Source of the DNA: a virus
Taxonomy: Duplodnaviria > Heunggongvirae > Uroviricota > Caudoviricetes
Virus record (IMG/VR): IMGVR_UViG_2713897054_000018
Location: 1-15,450 of that record
Reading direction: 5' to 3' (one strand)
Length of the DNA stretch: 15,450 nucleotides
The notes under the pieces are model-generated. The model was given only the letters and a program-made list of their open reading frames with translations, did no database searches and was not told the origin of the DNA. This document shows positions 15,234-15,450 of the stretch, in pieces. The translations under genes and the position numbers were made by a program. The first letter of the stretch is position 1, and each line of letters opens with the position of its first letter.

Positions 15234-15450
15234 TGATCTTACCCAGCAATAGTGGACACGCGGCTAAGTGAGTAAACTCTCAGTCAGAGGTGACTCACAT
15301 GACAAAAACAGTATCAACCAGTAAAAAACCCCGTAAACAGCATTCGCCTGAATTTCGCAGTGAAGCCCTGAAGCTTGCTGAACGCATCGGTGTTACTGCC
15401 GCAGCCCGTGAACTCAGCCTGTATGAATCACAGCTCTACAACTGGCGCAG
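15234..15450 (+). mobile_element. IS3 (IS3 family), left end with terminal inverted repeat; continues beyond the window
   Basis: Terminal sequence TGATCTTACCCAGCAATAGTGGACACGCGGCTAAGTGAG... matches my recollection of the IS3 left inverted repeat. It is followed by the orfA start. Confidence 0.75.
15299..15450 (+). CDS. IS3 transposase OrfA, N-terminal part (helix-turn-helix); runs off the window
   Basis: Translation MTKTVSTSKKPRKQHSPEFRSEALKLAERIGVTAAARELSLYESQLYNWR matches the IS3 OrfA N-terminus as I recall it. Confidence 0.8.
   Translation, partial: MTKTVSTSKKPRKQHSPEFRSEALKLAERIGVTAAARELSLYESQLYNWR

Overview
From left to right the window holds most of an integrated P4-like satellite prophage (about 1-8513), then a type IC restriction-modification operon (hsdM-hsdS-hsdR, minus strand, 8736-14758), then the left end of an IS3 copy that has truncated a small gene (15234-15450). 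Everything is called from reading the sequence and from recalled knowledge of phage P4, type I R-M systems and IS3; no database search was possible. The P4 assignment rests on several independent matches: ORFs of exactly 190, 166 and 244 codons in psu-delta-sid order; a 19-nt match to the P2/P4 cohesive end as I recall it; TGT-N12-ACA Delta/Ogr-type sites upstream of sid and of the leftward operon; two clusters of TGTTCACC iterons about 4.8 kb apart (ori and crr); a CI-RNA-type seqA/seqB/seqC arrangement; and a primase-helicase matching P4 alpha. Two genes look inactivated by single-base frameshifts: alpha (145 + 633 codons in two frames) and hsdS (break at a homopolymer tract). The most interesting part is the AT-rich cargo left of cos (1-959): a 103-aa protein with a strong RBS and an N-terminally complete membrane protein that runs off the window edge. 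This lies in the psu-cos-int variable region, which in P4-like satellites usually carries anti-phage systems. I do not recognise either protein, so it is the best candidate for an undescribed system, but that is inference from position only.
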